Of a DNA stretch of 64,000 nucleotides, positions 62,174 through 64,000 are shown piece by piece. The notes under the pieces were generated by a model. It was not told the DNA's origin. It ran no database searches and saw only the letters and a program-made list of their open reading frames with translations. The stretch covers positions 4,194 to 68,193 of the forward strand of contig JBKDKX010000016.1 of NCBI GenBank assembly GCA_046344715.1, in the 5' to 3' direction. Origin of the DNA: Alphaproteobacteria bacterium. Lineage in GTDB: Bacteria > Pseudomonadota > Alphaproteobacteria > Rickettsiales > SXRF01. The position numbers and the translations under genes were made by a program. Every line of letters begins with the position of its first letter. Position 1 is the first letter of the stretch.

Positions 62174-62635
62174 GTGGCAAAAGTAGCAGCAAAAGTTGAA
62201 GCAGTAAAAAAGACTGCACCAAAAGCAAAAGCGGCAAGCGAAAACAAAGAAGTAATTGCTTATGGCACTGGCCGTCGTAAAAACGCGGTAGCGCGTGTAT
62301 GGATTAAGCGCGGCACCGGTAAAATCACCGTAAACGGCAAAGAATTTGAAGTGTATTTTGCACGCCCTGTACTTCGCATGATCATCAACCAGCCATTCGC
62401 TGCGATTGATCGCGTGGGCAATTTCGATGTTAACTGCACTGTGGTTGGCGGTGGCCTTTCTGGTCAGGCTGGCGCAGTTCGCCTTGGTATCAGTCGCGCA
62501 CTTGATGCGTATGATGCTATCTTCCACAAACAGCTGCGCAAAGGTGGTTTCCTTACCCGCGACAGCCGTGTGGTCGAACGTAAGAAATACGGTCATAAGA
62601 AAGCTCGTCGCAGCTTCCAGTTCAGCAAACGTTGA
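62174..62635 (+). CDS. rpsI: 30S ribosomal protein S9
   Basis: [12 protein letters not shown]...[10 protein letters not shown]...[10 protein letters not shown]. Confidence 0.95.
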   Translation: MAKVAAKVEAVKKTAPKAKAASENKEVIAYGTGRRKNAVARVWIKRGTGKITVNGKEFEVYFARPVLRMIINQPFAAIDRVGNFDVNCTVVGGGLSGQAGAVRLGISRALDAYDAIFHKQLRKGGFLTRDSRVVERKKYGHKKARRSFQFSKR

Positions 62636-62656
62636 TCGAGAGCGCGATATTTCTCC

Positions 62657-62688
62657 AAAAAAAAGGCGCCTTCTCAGGTGCCTTTTTT
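62657..62688 (+). terminator. Rho-independent terminator after rpsI
   Basis: Stem GGCGCC/GGTGCC followed by T6. Confidence 0.55.
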
Positions 62689-62706
62689 ATTGTATAAGGA
62701 TTATCA

Positions 62707-63750
62707 ATGATAAAAAAAATCAACATCGCGATTATTGGTGCATCAGGTTATACGGGTGCAGAACTTGTGCGGCTTTTGCTTGTTCATCCGCACGCGAATA
62801 TTGCCGTGCTTACCGGCGATACGCAGGCTGGCAAGCGTATGGGCGATGTATATCCGCATCTGGCGCAATATAACCTGCCAGCAGTAATTTCGCTAGAGCA
62901 GGCAGATTATTCCAAGATTGATTTAGTATTTTGCTGCCTGCCACATGGCACCACACAAAAAGTAATCGCTGGTTTACCCAAGCATGTACGCATTGTCGAC
63001 CTTTCAGCGGATTTCCGGTTGGCGGATGCAGCACTTTATGAACAATGGTATGGCCATCCGCATCAGGCGGTGCATTTACAGAAAGATGCTGTCTATGGGC
63101 TTACTGAACTGGCGCGTGATGCAGTAAAAAATGCTCGTCTGGTTGCAAACCCCGGCTGTTATCCAACCTCTGCGCAATTGCCACTCATTCCGCTTTTGAG
63201 GGCTGCAATCATTGAGCACAGCAATATCATTATTGATTCTAAATCTGGTGTGACGGGTGCAGGAAGAAGCGCAAAACAAGCCAATATCTATTGTGAAATA
63301 ACGGATGGCATGAGTGCTTACGGCGTGGCATCGCACCGCCACGCACCGGAAATAGAGCAGGGGTTTTCGCTTGCGTCTGGCAAAGCGATAACGGTGAGTT
63401 TTACGCCGCATCTTATTCCTATGAGCAGGGGTATTTTATCAACCATGTATGTATCGCTGGTAAAGGGAAAAGTAGCTGCTGATGCGCGCAAAGTTCTAGA
63501 GCAAATCTATGCAAATGAAGCCTTTGTGCATATACTGCCAGAGGGTATATTCCCAAGCACTCATCAAGTGAAAGGCACCAATAATTGCCTCATCGCCTTG
63601 AAGGAAGATCGTGTGGCTGGCAGGCTTATACTTGTTTCTGTGATTGATAATTTAGTCAAAGGAGCATCTGGCCAAGCCGTGCAGAACATGAATGTAATGT
63701 TTGGCTTTGCCGAAAATACAGGGTTGCAATTCTCGGCAGTGTTTCCGTAG
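62707..63750 (+). CDS. argC: N-acetyl-gamma-glutamyl-phosphate reductase
   Basis: IIGASGYTGAEL and the active-site motif ANPGCYPTS. Confidence 0.9.
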   Translation: MIKKINIAIIGASGYTGAELVRLLLVHPHANIAVLTGDTQAGKRMGDVYPHLAQYNLPAVISLEQADYSKIDLVFCCLPHGTTQKVIAGLPKHVRIVDLSADFRLADAALYEQWYGHPHQAVHLQKDAVYGLTELARDAVKNARLVANPGCYPTSAQLPLIPLLRAAIIEHSNIIIDSKSGVTGAGRSAKQANIYCEITDGMSAYGVASHRHAPEIEQGFSLASGKAITVSFTPHLIPMSRGILSTMYVSLVKGKVAADARKVLEQIYANEAFVHILPEGIFPSTHQVKGTNNCLIALKEDRVAGRLILVSVIDNLVKGASGQAVQNMNVMFGFAENTGLQFSAVFP

Positions 63751-63759
63751 AATAGCGGC

Positions 63760-64000
63760 ATGAACAAACCATACATTCTTCCTTATCGCGGCGATTATAA
63801 CCCAAGTGGTATTTCGCCTGCCATTTCGCCTAAGGCCTTTATTGCTCCGGGTGCTGCCGTGATTGGCGACGTGCAAATTGCCGAGGATGTTGGCTTCTGG
63901 TTTGGCTGCGTGGCGCGTGGGGATGTAAACGTTATTCGCATTGGCGCACGCACCAACATTCAGGATGGCACGATTATTCATGTAACCCGTGATACGGCGG
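63760..64000 (+). CDS. Gamma-carbonic-anhydrase-like hexapeptide-repeat protein (5' part; runs off the window)
   Basis: FIAPGAAVIGDV.I.EDVGFWFGCVARGDVN.IRIG.RTNIQDG pattern. Confidence 0.7.
   Translation, partial: MNKPYILPYRGDYNPSGISPAISPKAFIAPGAAVIGDVQIAEDVGFWFGCVARGDVNVIRIGARTNIQDGTIIHVTRDTA

Overview
The window looks like a chromosomal segment from an alphaproteobacterium: it carries the ctrA/chpT phosphorelay genes, fliI/fliJ, and a conserved housekeeping backbone. That backbone includes guaB, metY, pdxH, queD, corA, msrB, lepA, ubiX, hemB, trpS, phoR-pstCAB, rplM-rpsI and argC. Three accessory regions stand out. (1) About 25.7-40.2 kb is a tRNA-Ala(GGC) hot spot. A 16-bp direct repeat of the tRNA 3' end brackets a ~12.9 kb integrative element carrying a large serine recombinase, a Rep-like/XRE module, a TetR-regulated ABC efflux operon and a 5'-truncated RT-TOPRIM gene. 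Just outside the element lies an AT-rich stand-alone ABC-ATPase-TOPRIM (OLD/PARIS-like) gene. (2) 40.3-41.4 kb is a ~1 kb single-gene insertion flanked by a ~60 bp duplication of the lepA 3' end. (3) 45.6-54.4 kb is a minus-strand surface/secretion cluster. It holds a coiled-coil plus beta-barrel outer-membrane protein, an extremely N/D/S/T-rich repeat protein, and two small N/Q-rich secreted paralogues sharing a pro-peptide motif, one of them a textbook double-glycine site. It also holds a Sec-exported stand-alone C39 peptidase and a TpsB/TpsA two-partner pair whose short TpsA carries a very long Pro-Ala tract. I read cluster (3) as a divergent Fap-like (functional-amyloid type) export system and consider it the best candidate for something undescribed. 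Smaller items include a MITE-like element overlapping the corA start, a GTCAT...ATGAC palindromic repeat family, iteron-like repeats in the island control region, and a consensus CtrA box between ctrA and fliI. All functional calls rest on motif recognition in the supplied translations; no database search was possible.
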